DNA of 64,000 nucleotides from an uncultured delta proteobacterium. GTDB lineage: Bacteria > Desulfobacterota > Desulfobacteria > Desulfobacterales > UBA2156. A program made the translations under genes and the position numbers. The first letter of the stretch is position 1. Each line of letters starts with the position of its first letter. Below the pieces are notes generated by a model that worked only from the letters and a program-made list of their open reading frames with translations, searched no databases and was not told where the DNA came from. Shown here one piece after another: positions 41,160-52,878 of this stretch. Location of the stretch: positions 64,001 through 128,000 of the forward strand of contig CAVTQK010000017.1 of assembly GCA_963736855.1 (NCBI GenBank). Reading direction: 5' to 3'.

Positions 41160-43223
41160 ATGATCAAAAACAACTCGGAAAATCCCTTGGTAGAGCACCT
41201 GAAAGCGATTAAAAACCAGGAACGAGGCTTTGAGAACGCTTTCCAGGGCGTTTCACGCATGATCCTGGAGGATAAGATCGAGAAGGTGGTAGTGAACGGC
41301 AGGACTACCTATGATTTTAAGATCTTTCGATCCGGGAAACGGCACATCGTCGGACTGTATGACGAGATCAACAGTTTTGTTTCTTTCGTCAAGGATGCGG
41401 CCGAAGGGGGTTCTTCCAAGGAGATGGCCTTTGTGCTCGTCGGGGAGCCGGGCAACGGAAAGACGTATTTCATCGAGTACGTCTGCACCTTGTACCGGCG
41501 CTTTCTTTCCGAGGAAAAAAATCGCAAGTACACCTTCCGGTTTAAAGGCATAGACCAAATCAGCGGATACGGGAAACTATCCGCCATCGAGTCCCAGACT
41601 TATGAAGATCCGATGATTTTGGCCATGAACCTGTTCGAGGAGGAATCGGCCAACAAAGAATTCCTCGCTAAAACAGCCGAGTTTACAGAAAGGGAAATCG
41701 AGATCCTGTACGAAAATTACCGTCCCCTGGGCGCATGCTCCGGGTATATCTTGAATGATATCCGGACCTATTCCGATGGAAAAATCGATCAGATGCTCGG
41801 ATTTGTTCAGATCGTTCCGGTGCCGCTCATCGAAAGCCTGGGCACGATCACCGGGAAATATCCCGCCAAAGACAAGATCACTTCATCATCCGTGGACCTT
41901 CTGGGTGAAGAGTCGATCCAGCGCATGCTGCATATCACGGACACCAACAACCCCTTCCGCTTCGACCTCAGGAGAGGCGCATTAGCGCGAGTGGCCGGAG
42001 GAGGCATCCATTTCAGCGACGAGGTATTTAAAAACAAAAAGGATCTGATCCAGGTTTATTTAGGGGTGATCCAGAATCGGGTGATTGAAATCGACGGATA
42101 CAAGTGGCCTATCGATACCCTGATCCTGGCCACCAGCAACAATTCGGAATTCAACCGGTTTCTGGCGGAAAAAGAAGAATCCCCCATCGTGGACCGCTGC
42201 CGGATCTGCTATGTCTCCCACAACACGGATTACCGGTTGCAGGAACTCCTGACCCATTACGCCATCGGAAGTGAGACCAAGACTACTTTTTCCAAGGAGA
42301 AGCTGCACATCGATCCGAATTTGAATTATTCCACATCGGTGGCCGTGATCCTCACCCGGTTGCCGCGCTCGGAGAAGCTGACTCCGGTGGAAACCATGAA
42401 GTTGGCTGCCGGAGAAGTGGCAGGGGAAAAGAGCATCAAGACCTTAGCCGAAGTGATCGACACCCTGGGACAGAACCCGGATATCACTAAGCGTTTCGGT
42501 CAGAAAGGTTTGGGACAGCGAAACTTGGGGAGAGCGATCCAGTTGGTCATCGAAAGCTCCGAGACCAACGAGGGCAAGTGCATGTTCGCCTACGATATCT
42601 TCAAAGCACTGGATCGGATTGTTTTGGATTATGTCACCGAAGAGAGCGACCGGGGGAAGTACCTCGAGGATCTCAAGATTGCCAAGGGGCTTTACCGTGA
42701 AAAGATCATGACGGAGATGTTCAATGCCTATATGGACGAACCCTTGGCCATCAAGAAAGACGTCATGAACTACGTGAACATGATCATCGGGATCGATGCC
42801 GAAAACCTGGGACCCGACAAGATGTGGAAGTACAAAGATCCGCAGACCAGGGAACTCAAGGCCATCAAGATCGACGAGCGGTTCATCAAGAGCGTGGAAG
42901 AACGCCTGGAACTTAACACTGAGGAGCAGCGGGAGACTTTCCGAACCGCTATCCGAAAAATTTACGGACAAAAAATCTCCATCAATCCGAATTACGATTT
43001 CATGGACAATCTGGAGCTCGTCAAGGCAGTGACCGAAGTGCGTCTCAAATCCGATATCGCCGGTGCGGGAAGCCTTGTCGGAGCTTTGGCCAATCGGACC
43101 AACGAGGAAAACCAGAAACTCTACGACCGGATGCTCACAACCATGCGGGATAAACTGGGATACTGTCCCACCTGCGCCCAGAAGACCATCGAATACTTCT
43201 GCACCCAGGAGGATGAAAATTAA
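41160..43223 (+). CDS. PrkA/YeaG-family AAA+ protein (annotated as serine kinase)
   Basis: GEPGNGKT, HFSDEVFKN, ATSNN, DRC; C-terminal GYCPTCA. Confidence 0.85.
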   Translation: MIKNNSENPLVEHLKAIKNQERGFENAFQGVSRMILEDKIEKVVVNGRTTYDFKIFRSGKRHIVGLYDEINSFVSFVKDAAEGGSSKEMAFVLVGEPGNGKTYFIEYVCTLYRRFLSEEKNRKYTFRFKGIDQISGYGKLSAIESQTYEDPMILAMNLFEEESANKEFLAKTAEFTEREIEILYENYRPLGACSGYILNDIRTYSDGKIDQMLGFVQIVPVPLIESLGTITGKYPAKDKITSSSVDLLGEESIQRMLHITDTNNPFRFDLRRGALARVAGGGIHFSDEVFKNKKDLIQVYLGVIQNRVIEIDGYKWPIDTLILATSNNSEFNRFLAEKEESPIVDRCRICYVSHNTDYRLQELLTHYAIGSETKTTFSKEKLHIDPNLNYSTSVAVILTRLPRSEKLTPVETMKLAAGEVAGEKSIKTLAEVIDTLGQNPDITKRFGQKGLGQRNLGRAIQLVIESSETNEGKCMFAYDIFKALDRIVLDYVTEESDRGKYLEDLKIAKGLYREKIMTEMFNAYMDEPLAIKKDVMNYVNMIIGIDAENLGPDKMWKYKDPQTRELKAIKIDERFIKSVEERLELNTEEQRETFRTAIRKIYGQKISINPNYDFMDNLELVKAVTEVRLKSDIAGAGSLVGALANRTNEENQKLYDRMLTTMRDKLGYCPTCAQKTIEYFCTQEDEN

Positions 43224-43272
43224 GACCGGGATCAAGGGTCGGGGGTTCAGGGGCCTTAGGAAATATGAGGCC

Positions 43273-44511
43273 ATGGAAATAAAAGAAGATATCTACGCCT
43301 ATTATGACTTGAGCGTCCTTCAGGACATGCAGGCGCCTCAATACACTCACGCCACAGGCATGCGATCCCTGGAGGAACTTCTTGAACGGGAAAAGCAGCG
43401 GGAGAAAGACGGATTTCCACGGAAGATCCGGATCGGGCGCCTCATGAAACCCGGTAAGAGCGACAAGGGGAAGATCGTAGTGGTCCCTACCACCGTCGAG
43501 GAAAAATTCATCCACGACCACTCCATTCAGGCTCCGGATCAAGAGGGTGCCTCCGGCGGTTCCGGCGAAGGAGAAGAAGGGGACATTATTGGAGAAGAGC
43601 CGATTCGCAACGGCACACCGTCCGGAGCGGGTCCCGGGGAGGGGGAAGGCGGCGAACACGAGATAGAATCGAGCGCCTATGACCTGGGAAAAATATTGAC
43701 CGAAAAATTCGAGCTTCCCAACCTTAAAGATAAGGGGAAAAAGCGCTCCCTGACCCGGTATACTTATGATCTGACGGACCGGAACCGCGGTTTCGGCCAG
43801 GTGCTGGATAAGAAAGCAACCTTGAGGCGGATCCTTCGCACCAACCAGGAACTAGGGAACATCCCGGATTGGGAAGACATGGACCCCACCCGATTTCTCA
43901 TTTCTCCCGATGACCTGGTGTATCGCATCCTGTCTCCGGAAAAAGACTTTGAGTCCCAGGCCATGGTATTTTTTCTAAGGGATTATTCCGGATCCATGGC
44001 CGGGAAGACCACCGACCTGGTGGTAACCCAGCATGTCTTCATTTACAGCTGGCTTCTCTATCAGTATGCCAGGCAAGTGGAATCCCGCTTCATCCTGCAC
44101 GACACCGAGGCCAAGGAAGTAGACGATTTTTACACTTACTACAACTCCCAGGTGGCCGGCGGCACCAAGGTGGCGTCAGCCTATCGTCTCGTCAACGAGA
44201 TCATCAAGAAGGAGAATCTCGCTGCCGATTACAATATCTACGTCTTCCATGGAACGGACGGAGACGATTGGGACACCGACGGCAGTGAAACGATTCCGGA
44301 GCTGAAGACGCTTCTGAACTATACCAATCGGGTCGGTATCTGCATTACCGAGCATGCTTCTTCCGTCACCCATAACACCGAAATGGAGAGATATCTCAAG
44401 CAGTCTCATTTCCTGGAGGAAAAGCCCAAGCTGATTCGGCTGGATGTCATGGAGGAAAGCGCGGAGGAATCGCGGCTCATCGAAGGGATCAAGACACTCA
44501 TCTCCCCGTAA
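43273..44511 (+). CDS. YeaH/YhbH (DUF444) vWA-like protein
   Basis: Gly-rich GSGEGEEGD; FFLRDYSGSM, HDTEAKEV, GGTKVASAY, HGTDGDDW. Confidence 0.85.
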   Translation: MEIKEDIYAYYDLSVLQDMQAPQYTHATGMRSLEELLEREKQREKDGFPRKIRIGRLMKPGKSDKGKIVVVPTTVEEKFIHDHSIQAPDQEGASGGSGEGEEGDIIGEEPIRNGTPSGAGPGEGEGGEHEIESSAYDLGKILTEKFELPNLKDKGKKRSLTRYTYDLTDRNRGFGQVLDKKATLRRILRTNQELGNIPDWEDMDPTRFLISPDDLVYRILSPEKDFESQAMVFFLRDYSGSMAGKTTDLVVTQHVFIYSWLLYQYARQVESRFILHDTEAKEVDDFYTYYNSQVAGGTKVASAYRLVNEIIKKENLAADYNIYVFHGTDGDDWDTDGSETIPELKTLLNYTNRVGICITEHASSVTHNTEMERYLKQSHFLEEKPKLIRLDVMEESAEESRLIEGIKTLISP

Positions 44512-44518
44512 AGAAAAC

Positions 44519-46168
44519 ATGGAAATCATTAGTCTGCATGCCAAGACGATCATGGAGGGCTGCAAGGAGCGGGCCCGTGAGGTCGGCCTGACCTTCTCCG
44601 AAGAGACCCTTGAATATATCGTCACCAACCGGGACCTTCTGGAGCTCTCCCCCAAGGGGATGATCCCCACTCTATACGATTACTGGGTTCACGATGTGGA
44701 GGTCCTCAGGGAAAAGGGGCGATACGAGTTGTACCCCGGGAACCCATATGAAACGGTCATCAATACGCGTCCCCCCATCTCTTTTTACAACGACAACAAC
44801 CCGGACTGGCTTAACGTGATGATCTTTTATCATGTTCTGGGACATATTGATTTTTTCCAGAACAACGCGTTTTTCAGAAACACGTGGGATTATGATTTTC
44901 TTGGCCGAGCGCTTTCCGACAAGCGCGTCATCGCCAGGCTCCGGGCGGAAAAAGGGAGGTGGGTGGATTATATCATCGAATTCACCCGGGGCATCGATAA
45001 TCTCGTTGGATACTTCGGAGAATTGGCACGACTCGACTCCCCGGAACCCGAGCGTGGTCGAAAGATGCTCGATTACTACTTCGACACCTTTCTCCAGTCG
45101 GTGAAAAATACCCGAATCGGCGATTATGTCAAGGAAGTCGATCGTTACAACACGTTCCAAAAGCAGTACGGCGCACGTGGAGAGGAAGCCTTTTTCCTGG
45201 AGGTGAAAAAGGAGCATCCGGAATTTGAAGCTTTCTTGGAAAAGCATCTTAAAATGAAACCGGTTCAACGGATGGATCTCATCGAGTATTTGATGCAAAA
45301 CTCCGCCTTTTTGAAAAAAGAGGAAAACCGTTGGATGAAAAGTGTCATGAATGCGGTGAGGAATACCTCGCTTTTTTTTGCACCCCAGATCCGGACCAAG
45401 ATCATGAATGAGGGATGGGCAAGCTTCTGGCATGAAATCCTCTTCATGCAGGACGACCGCATCAAGGGACACGAAGTGGATTTCGCTCGGGTCAACGCGG
45501 GTGTCACCGCCATGCCCCGGGTGGGGTTGAATCCTTATGCCCTGGGTCTTCGGTTATTTTATCACATCAAGGATCTGGCCGATAAGGGAAAGCTGAGCCA
45601 CGCATTTCAGCAGATTTCGAACGTCCGGCAACGGGAGGCGTTCGATACCGGAGCGCGGAAAGGGCAGGACATGCTTTTATGGATCCGCGAAAACCTCTGT
45701 GATTTCATGTTCATTAATACATTTGTGGATCAGGACTTCATGACGCATAACAACCTCTTTGTGGCCGGCACGCGTCTGAACGAACAGAAGATGGTCTGGG
45801 AGTATTTTATCAAAAGCAAGAGAGTTGCCGATTACCGGGAGATGCTGAAGGATTCTCTGTATCACCCACCCGCCATTACCGTGGATCCGGAAAAGACAAA
45901 AGAAGGTCATCTCTATCTGGTGCATCAATTCGAGGGAAAACCGCTGGTGAGTGAATACATTCCCAATACGATGCTCGGCGTCGAATTTCTATGGGGGGGA
46001 TCGGTGAGCCTCGAGACCACGGAGGTCGCATCTGTCGGGCCATCGGCAGTTTCAGCCCTGGATTCGGCTCCCGGCGGTGCATCGGCAGAGGGGGCAAAAC
46101 CCGAGGTGAATTGGCAGCGCGTCGTTTATACCATGCAAGACCGGAAACTGACCAAAGAGATTTTGTGA
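44519..46168 (+). CDS. SpoVR/YcgB family protein
   Basis: YETVIN, HVLGHIDFFQNN, PQIRTKIMNEGWASFWH, NPYALG. Confidence 0.9.
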   Translation: MEIISLHAKTIMEGCKERAREVGLTFSEETLEYIVTNRDLLELSPKGMIPTLYDYWVHDVEVLREKGRYELYPGNPYETVINTRPPISFYNDNNPDWLNVMIFYHVLGHIDFFQNNAFFRNTWDYDFLGRALSDKRVIARLRAEKGRWVDYIIEFTRGIDNLVGYFGELARLDSPEPERGRKMLDYYFDTFLQSVKNTRIGDYVKEVDRYNTFQKQYGARGEEAFFLEVKKEHPEFEAFLEKHLKMKPVQRMDLIEYLMQNSAFLKKEENRWMKSVMNAVRNTSLFFAPQIRTKIMNEGWASFWHEILFMQDDRIKGHEVDFARVNAGVTAMPRVGLNPYALGLRLFYHIKDLADKGKLSHAFQQISNVRQREAFDTGARKGQDMLLWIRENLCDFMFINTFVDQDFMTHNNLFVAGTRLNEQKMVWEYFIKSKRVADYREMLKDSLYHPPAITVDPEKTKEGHLYLVHQFEGKPLVSEYIPNTMLGVEFLWGGSVSLETTEVASVGPSAVSALDSAPGGASAEGAKPEVNWQRVVYTMQDRKLTKEIL

Positions 46169-46261
46169 TACATTGACTCAAGAACGAAGCCGACGACAGG
46201 ATAAACGAGACAACCGCAAGCGATAAGAAATCAACCCCATCAACCCGATAGACATAAAAAA

Positions 46262-48581
46262 ATGGAAGATGTCGAAAAAGCACTGAACCGCCTGAACACG
46301 AAGTTGAGTGACCTGGAGCATCATACCCCCATTTCTTTCGAGGCTTTCCTTGAAGAAGTAGCGGAAAGGCCCCATCGTGCCATCCGAAACATTTTTCAGG
46401 TCTTTTACGACATGGTCATGACGCATGTCGAAGAGGGGGTCAACGAGTATCCGGACGATCCTGAAGCCGCCGGGTATGTGTATTACGATTGCAGGAAACT
46501 CTTTGTGGAAGGTGTGGATCGCCCCTTTTTCGCCGATCGACTCTTTTCCTACCGGTGGATCCGGCACGTAGAAGCCATGCGTCAGGGAGCCCAACAGAAC
46601 AAGATCTACATTTTCGACGGTCCTGCGGGTTGCGGCAAAAGCACCTTCTTGAACAATCTGTTGAAAAAATTCGAGGAATATACCAACACCGAAACGGGCA
46701 TGGGCTATGAAATTCTCTGGCGGATCGATCGGGGAATACTGGGGCAATCGGCAGACATGGAATCCAACCCCATGATGGAGCGACTATCCCGGCTGTTGGA
46801 GCGATCAAATACAGAAGCCGATTCGAGCCCGGATGGATTCGAGGCCGAACCTGAAGAGAGAGAATGGAAGGGGGCACTCGCCGAAGATGACGCCCTCGAG
46901 ATTCCCTGCCCCAGCCACGACAATCCTATTCTCATCATCCCCAAGGAACTTCGCCGGTCTTTTCTGGATGATTTGTTTAAGAATAACGAATTCAAATGGA
47001 AGCTCTCCACGGAAAAAGAGTATGAGTGGGTCTTCAAAGGCACACCATGCACCATCTGCAGCACCCTATATGAGGCGTTGCTGGAGAAATTGAAAAGCCC
47101 CATGGCGGTTTTTGAGCTCATCAGGGCGCGGCCATACCGATTCAATCGTCGCCTGGGTCAGGGAATCAGCGTTTACAATCCCGGGGACAAACCCATACGG
47201 CAAGAGGTCCTGGGAAATCCGATGCTCCAAAAAAGGATCAACAGCCTCTTCAAAGACAGTAATCAGGTCAAATATCTGTTCTCACGCTATGCCAAGACCA
47301 ACAACGGCATTTATGCCTTGATGGACATCAAATCCCACAACGTGGAACGGCTCATCGAGCTGCACAACATCGTGAGCGAGGGGGTTCACAAGGTGGAGGA
47401 CTTGGAGGAAAGCGTCAACTCCCTCTTCATGGTCGTCATGAACCCTGAGGATAAAAAAAATATCACCGATATCCCCTCCTTCTCTGACCGTATCGAGTAC
47501 ATTCGCATTCCGTATGTGATGGACCTGAGGACGGAGGTGGAGATCTACCGTTCCATTTTCGGCAAGCAGATCGGCGAAAGCTTCCTACCCAGAGTTTTGC
47601 ACAATTTCGCCCGCGCCATCATCGCAAGCCGTCTCAATACCCGTTCCGATGCTTTGCTCGAGTGGATCGGGGATCCGGAGCCGTACCGACGGTATTGCGA
47701 CAAGAACCTGCACCTGCTCAAGATAGAGCTGTACACGGGACATATCCCGGCCTGGCTTTCCGAGGAGCACCGGAAGCAATTGACGGCAAAACGCCGCAGG
47801 AAAATTTTGTCCGAAGCGGACAAGGAAGGGGAGAAAGGTTTTTCCGGACGGGATTCCATTCGCTTGTTTAACAAGTTTTTTTCCACCCATGCCAAAGAAA
47901 ACCGGTTGATCAATATGTCCATGGTGTGCAATTTTTTTATCAAGATATTGAAAGAGGAACCCGAAGCCATTCCCGAGGGATTTTTGGAATCATTGCATGC
48001 CATGTATGATTACACCATTTTGCAGGAAGTCAAGGAATCGCTCTATTATTACAATGAAGAACAGATCTCCAGGGAAATTCAGAATTATCTGTTTGCCCTG
48101 AACTTTGAAATCGGCACTAAAGAAAAGTGCATTTACACAAATGATGCACTAGAGATCACGGAAGAGTTTTTAAGCGGCATCGAAAACCGTCTGTTAGGCG
48201 TCATATTGGACTTTCAAAAACGGGTCGCATTTCGAAAGGATACGCAAAAGGAATACACATCAAACACCCTGACCCAGGAAATCATGGTGGAGGGAAAACC
48301 CATCACCCAGACCGGGCTTTATGACACCCTGCATGAGCGATACGTTTTTAACCTCAAAAAAAAGGTCCTGGAACCTTTTTTAAAAAATGAAAACTTTCCG
48401 CCGGGCAGTCAAGGAATACGGGGAGGAGAGCTTCAAAACATACGACCGCAAGATCCGGGAAGACGTTACCTTCATGATGAATAACCTCATCCAACGATTC
48501 CGGTATGCGGATCTGGGGGCCAAGGAGATCTGTATTTACGTCATCGACAACGATTTGGCCCGAAAATTTTCCGAAGAATGA
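46262..48581 (+). CDS. Second PrkA/YeaG-family protein (one extra base near 48397)
   Basis: GPAGCGKST, CPSHDNP, CTIC; removing one C gives KNENF-RRAVKEYG...IYVIDNDLARKF. Confidence 0.82.
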
Positions 48582-48602
48582 GCTACCCGCCCATTTCCAC
48601 CC

Positions 48603-50027
48603 TCACAGTCGAGCCAGCAGGCGCTCGTGGATGTTGTCGAATCCGCCGTTGGACATGATCAGCACAAGGTCTCCCGACGCTGCGGTTTCAGCCAAAAAGT
48701 CGATGATGCCTTCGGTGTCCTCGAAGTAATGAGCGTCTTTTCCCCGGGCGATCAGGTCCGAAACCAGTTTCTCAGATGAAAAGCGTATCGTTTCGGGAAT
48801 TTTTTCCAGCAAGGGGGGCTTGCGGATGCAGACTATGTCCGCCGCATCAAATGCTCCGGGGTACACATCCTGAAAGACGTTACGCATGCTCGTGTTGGTG
48901 CGCGGCTCGAAGACCGCGACCAGGCGGCCGTTTCCGAAGCGCCCCTTCACCGCGGCAATGGTTTCCCGAACCGCCGTGGGATGATGGGCGAAGTCGTCCA
49001 TAACGCAGATTCCCCTCCTGAAACCTCGTATCTCCTGGCGCCTTTTCACCCCCTTGAAAGTGAAGAGCGCTTTTTTAGCGGCGTCTGCCTGGATTCCCAG
49101 GTAATCAGCAGCGGCCAGAACGGAAAGGGTGTTGAGCAGGTTGTGCTCTCCCACAAGGTGAGTTTCCCAAAGTCCCAGGGAACCCCCGTTTTTCAAAGGT
49201 TCAAAAAAAGTCTTCACACCTTCGATGGCCACTTTTCCAAGTCTCCAATCGGCCCCCCGCTTCCGGCCGTAGGTGCGGATGCGCCCCTTTCGGGAAGCGG
49301 CCAGTTTCATGACCTCGGGATCTTCCGCATACGCCACGAGGAGTGCTTCCGCCGGGAGTCTTGAGACAAGATCGGAAAAGACCTTTTGCACGTGTGCAAA
49401 ATCCGCGAAAATGTCCGCGTGGTCGAATTCGATGCCGGTCAAAATCGCCACATGAGCATCGTAGTGCAGAAATTTAGGTCCCTTATCGAAATAGGCGGTG
49501 TCGTATTCATCTCCTTCGAGAACCACGAAATCCCCTTTTCCGAGCCGGTAATTGCTACCGAAATTTTTCAGGATTCCACCGATGAGAAAAGAGGGATCGC
49601 AACCGGCTTCGGAAAGGACATGGGCCATCAGAGATGCCGTGGTGGTTTTCCCGTGGGTTCCGGTGATAAGAATCGCTTTCTTTCCTGAAACTAAAAACCG
49701 ATTCACCGCCTGAGGCATGGAACAGAAAGGAATCCCCATCTCCTGGAGGGCCGCAGCCTCCGGGTTGGACCGGGTCACGGCGTTTCCCACCACGACAAGG
49801 TCGGGCTGATGGGAAAGATGCTCGTGTGAAAATCCCTCTTTGAGCGCGATCCCTTTTTCCTTTAATAAAGTGCTCATGGGCGGATAGACGTTTTGGTCCG
49901 ATCCGGTGACTGAAAATCCCATCTCCCTGAGAAGACAGGCCAAGGCGCCCATTGCGGTCCCGCAAGCAGCGATGAGGTGGATTGTCTTCACCTCTTCGGG
50001 AATGAAGTTTCCGGGGATCCAGGTCAT
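48603..50027 (-). CDS. mpl: Murein peptide ligase Mpl
   Basis: CGTAMGALA, GSDQNVYPPMS, GTHGKTT, EGDEYDTAYFDK, DDFAHHPTA, MSNGGF. Confidence 0.92.
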   Translation of the reverse strand: MTWIPGNFIPEEVKTIHLIAACGTAMGALACLLREMGFSVTGSDQNVYPPMSTLLKEKGIALKEGFSHEHLSHQPDLVVVGNAVTRSNPEAAALQEMGIPFCSMPQAVNRFLVSGKKAILITGTHGKTTTASLMAHVLSEAGCDPSFLIGGILKNFGSNYRLGKGDFVVLEGDEYDTAYFDKGPKFLHYDAHVAILTGIEFDHADIFADFAHVQKVFSDLVSRLPAEALLVAYAEDPEVMKLAASRKGRIRTYGRKRGADWRLGKVAIEGVKTFFEPLKNGGSLGLWETHLVGEHNLLNTLSVLAAADYLGIQADAAKKALFTFKGVKRRQEIRGFRRGICVMDDFAHHPTAVRETIAAVKGRFGNGRLVAVFEPRTNTSMRNVFQDVYPGAFDAADIVCIRKPPLLEKIPETIRFSSEKLVSDLIARGKDAHYFEDTEGIIDFLAETAASGDLVLIMSNGGFDNIHERLLARL

Positions 50028-50503
50028 TTGGAATCGCCTTTGGATTTGGCGATCGTCTCCTCGGCGACTGCCATGAGGGTGACCATGGCCTTTGCGGCCA
50101 GGATCTCGCCTTGTTTCCGTATGTCGAAGACCTCCGATTCGGCGACAAGGATTTGGCGTCCTTCCCGGATGACTTTCGAGCGGCAGATGAGTTTTTCCCC
50201 GAAAGCGGGCTTCAGGAAGTTGATTTTAAATTCCACGGTCAGGATCTGAAACCCCTCCGGTACGGTAGTAAATGCGGCATACCCGGCCGTATGATCGGCC
50301 AGGGTGGCCATGACGCCCGCATGAATGAATCCATCCTGCTGGCGGTGGACCTCGGCAATCTCGACCGTCGATTCAAACCGGTTTCTGGATGCATCGACGG
50401 CTTTGAACCGGCAGAAGCGGATGAATCCTCTTTCAAAATCATGTTTCAAAAAAGCCTTTCGTTCATATGAAATATCCGTCTTCATAGTGTTCCTTGGAAA
50501 CAT
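50024..50503 (-). CDS. PaaI-family thioesterase
   Basis: QQDGFIHAGVMATLAD, TVEFKINFLKPA. Confidence 0.9.
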   Translation of the reverse strand: MFPRNTMKTDISYERKAFLKHDFERGFIRFCRFKAVDASRNRFESTVEIAEVHRQQDGFIHAGVMATLADHTAGYAAFTTVPEGFQILTVEFKINFLKPAFGEKLICRSKVIREGRQILVAESEVFDIRKQGEILAAKAMVTLMAVAEETIAKSKGDSK

Positions 50504-50658
50504 ACGGCACCGGCTTCAAGTGGCCGGGTTCTTGACCTTTTCGAGGGTTTGTCTGTGCAAAGAAAATATGATAGGGAAATATCGAAAAAGTCTTTGAAGG
50601 GCAACAGGAAAACCGGTGAAAGGCCGATGTCTTATATCACAACAAAAGGAATAACCGG

Positions 50659-51486
50659 ATGGACGCAAACCTGAAAGAAGTGTTGGAGGCGTTTGCGAGA
50701 GGGCCGGGAAAGCTTTGCATACTCACGGGCGCCGGAATATCGGCGGAAAGCGGAATTCCCACCTTTCGAGGTCCGGAAGGATATTGGACCGTGGGATCCA
50801 AGGAGTATCATCCCCAGGAAATGGCCACCTATGAGATGTTTACGCAGCATCCTGAGGAAGTCTGGAGGTGGTATCTCTATCGGCTGGGCGTGTGCCGGAA
50901 AGCGGATCCCAATCCCGGACATTTGGCCATCGCGGAAATGGAACGCCTCTTCAAAGACCGATTTACGTTGATCACCCAGAATGTGGACGGGCTTCATTTA
51001 AGGGCGGGAAACAGCCTTCCGCGGACCTTCCAGATCCACGGTAACATCTTTTTCATGCGGTGCGCCGGTGCCTGTACTGAACAGCTTTTTCCTCTGCCTG
51101 ATACGGTGCCCGCCAAATCCAGGAAGGATACGATGACCGCCGAAGACCTTCATCTACTTAAATGCCCGGAGTGCGGAGGAATGACACGGCCTCATGTGCT
51201 GTGGTTCGATGAAACATACGACGAGGTTTATTATCGATTCACGAGTTCTCTGGGGGTTGCCCGGGAAACGGATCTTCTTATCACCGCGGGGACTTCAGGG
51301 GCGACCAATCTGCCGAACCAGGTGGTCTGGGAGGCCCGACACCGGGGGGCGGTTATGGTGGATATCAATGTAGAAGAAAACCCCTTCGGTCGGGCCGCCT
51401 TGAGCAGCCGTCGGGGCTTTTTCCTCAAAGGGAAAAGCGGAGCAATTCTTCCCGGGATGCTGGGGGTGTTCCGGCAGTCGTTTTAA
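50659..51486 (+). CDS. cobB: Sirtuin NAD-dependent deacylase
   Basis: [25 protein letters not shown], CxxxC/CPEC, RPHVLWF, GTS. Confidence 0.92.
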   Translation: MDANLKEVLEAFARGPGKLCILTGAGISAESGIPTFRGPEGYWTVGSKEYHPQEMATYEMFTQHPEEVWRWYLYRLGVCRKADPNPGHLAIAEMERLFKDRFTLITQNVDGLHLRAGNSLPRTFQIHGNIFFMRCAGACTEQLFPLPDTVPAKSRKDTMTAEDLHLLKCPECGGMTRPHVLWFDETYDEVYYRFTSSLGVARETDLLITAGTSGATNLPNQVVWEARHRGAVMVDINVEENPFGRAALSSRRGFFLKGKSGAILPGMLGVFRQSF

Positions 51487-52781
51487 CCCGATCCGGATTT
51501 CAATTCTCCCAAGACAGATTCTGCGGCGCGGATCGTCTCGTCAATATGCTCGATATTGTGCGCCGAGGATACGAAGAGGACCTCGAACTGGGAAGGGGCA
51601 AGGTAAATTCCCTTATCCAGCATGCCGTTGTAATAGCGGCGGAAACGGTCAAGATCGCTCGCCTTGGCCTCTGAAAAGCACGTGACCGGTCCCTGGGTGA
51701 AAAACATCCCCATCATAGATCCCACGCGATCGATATAAACCGGAATTTCGGCGGCATCCGCAGCCTGTTTCAACCCTTGGGCCAGGTAGCGGGATTTTTC
51801 TTCCAGGGCGTCGTAGAATCCGGGGTTTTGAATCTCCTTCAAGGTGGCGATTCCGGCGGTCATGGCCACGGGGTTTCCGGAAAGGGTTCCGGCCTGATAG
51901 ACCGGCCCCTGGGGGGCGATGTGTTCCATGATATCGCGTCTTCCGCCGTAGGCTCCCACCGGCATACCGCCGCCGATGATTTTTCCCAGGGTGGTCAAAT
52001 CGGGCGTGATGCCGTAAAGGGCCTGGGCACCCCCGTAGGCCACCCGGAAGCCGGTCATGACTTCGTCAAAAATCAGGAGGCTTCCGGTCTTTTGGGTTTC
52101 CTCGCGCAGGGTTTCCAGGAATCCCGGTTGCGGCGAGACCAGCCCCATATTCCCGGCCACGGGTTCTATCATGACGCAGGCGATTTTTCCCCCGTGCTTC
52201 TGCATGGTATCCCTGAAACGCTGGGAATCATTATAGGGCAACGAGAGGGTATGATCGGCAAATGATTGCGGGACGCCCGGACTCCCCGGAATGCCGAGGG
52301 TGGCGACTCCGGATCCGGCTTCCACCAGGAGGGCGTCCGCGTGGCCGTGGTAGCACCCCTCGAACTTGAGTATCTTGTCTCTGCCGGTGAATCCCCGGGC
52401 GAGCCGGATGGCGCTCATGGTAGCCTCGGTCCCGGAATTGACCATTCGGACCATTTCGATGGAAGGAACCGCTTCGATGATCCTCTGGGCCAGTTCCACC
52501 TCCAGATCGGTGGGCGCCCCAAAACTTGTTCCACGCTCCAGTACTTTTTGGATGGCGATGATTACCGCAGAGTGTCGGTGTCCCAGGATCAGGGGACCCC
52601 ATGAGCCGAGGTAATCGATATATCGGTTCCCGTCGACATCATAGATCAGGCATCCGATGGCCCGATCGATAAAGATCGGATCGGATCCCACCGCCTTGCA
52701 GGCGCGGACCGGGCTGTTGACGCCGCCGGGTATCCGTTTTTGGGCATTTTGAAAAAGTTGTCTCGATTGCATACGTTTCAT
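51483..52781 (-). CDS. hemL: Glutamate-1-semialdehyde 2,1-aminomutase
   Basis: [39 protein letters not shown]. Confidence 0.96.
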   Translation of the reverse strand: MKRMQSRQLFQNAQKRIPGGVNSPVRACKAVGSDPIFIDRAIGCLIYDVDGNRYIDYLGSWGPLILGHRHSAVIIAIQKVLERGTSFGAPTDLEVELAQRIIEAVPSIEMVRMVNSGTEATMSAIRLARGFTGRDKILKFEGCYHGHADALLVEAGSGVATLGIPGSPGVPQSFADHTLSLPYNDSQRFRDTMQKHGGKIACVMIEPVAGNMGLVSPQPGFLETLREETQKTGSLLIFDEVMTGFRVAYGGAQALYGITPDLTTLGKIIGGGMPVGAYGGRRDIMEHIAPQGPVYQAGTLSGNPVAMTAGIATLKEIQNPGFYDALEEKSRYLAQGLKQAADAAEIPVYIDRVGSMMGMFFTQGPVTCFSEAKASDLDRFRRYYNGMLDKGIYLAPSQFEVLFVSSAHNIEHIDETIRAAESVLGELKSGSG

Positions 52782-52878
52782 AGTTTTATCCTTTTTTCTA
52801 TCGGCCACGGCTTTACATAAAAAGAAAAAGCGCGTAAAAACTTACCAAACCCGATCCATCGGGTCAAGGTGAGCAACG

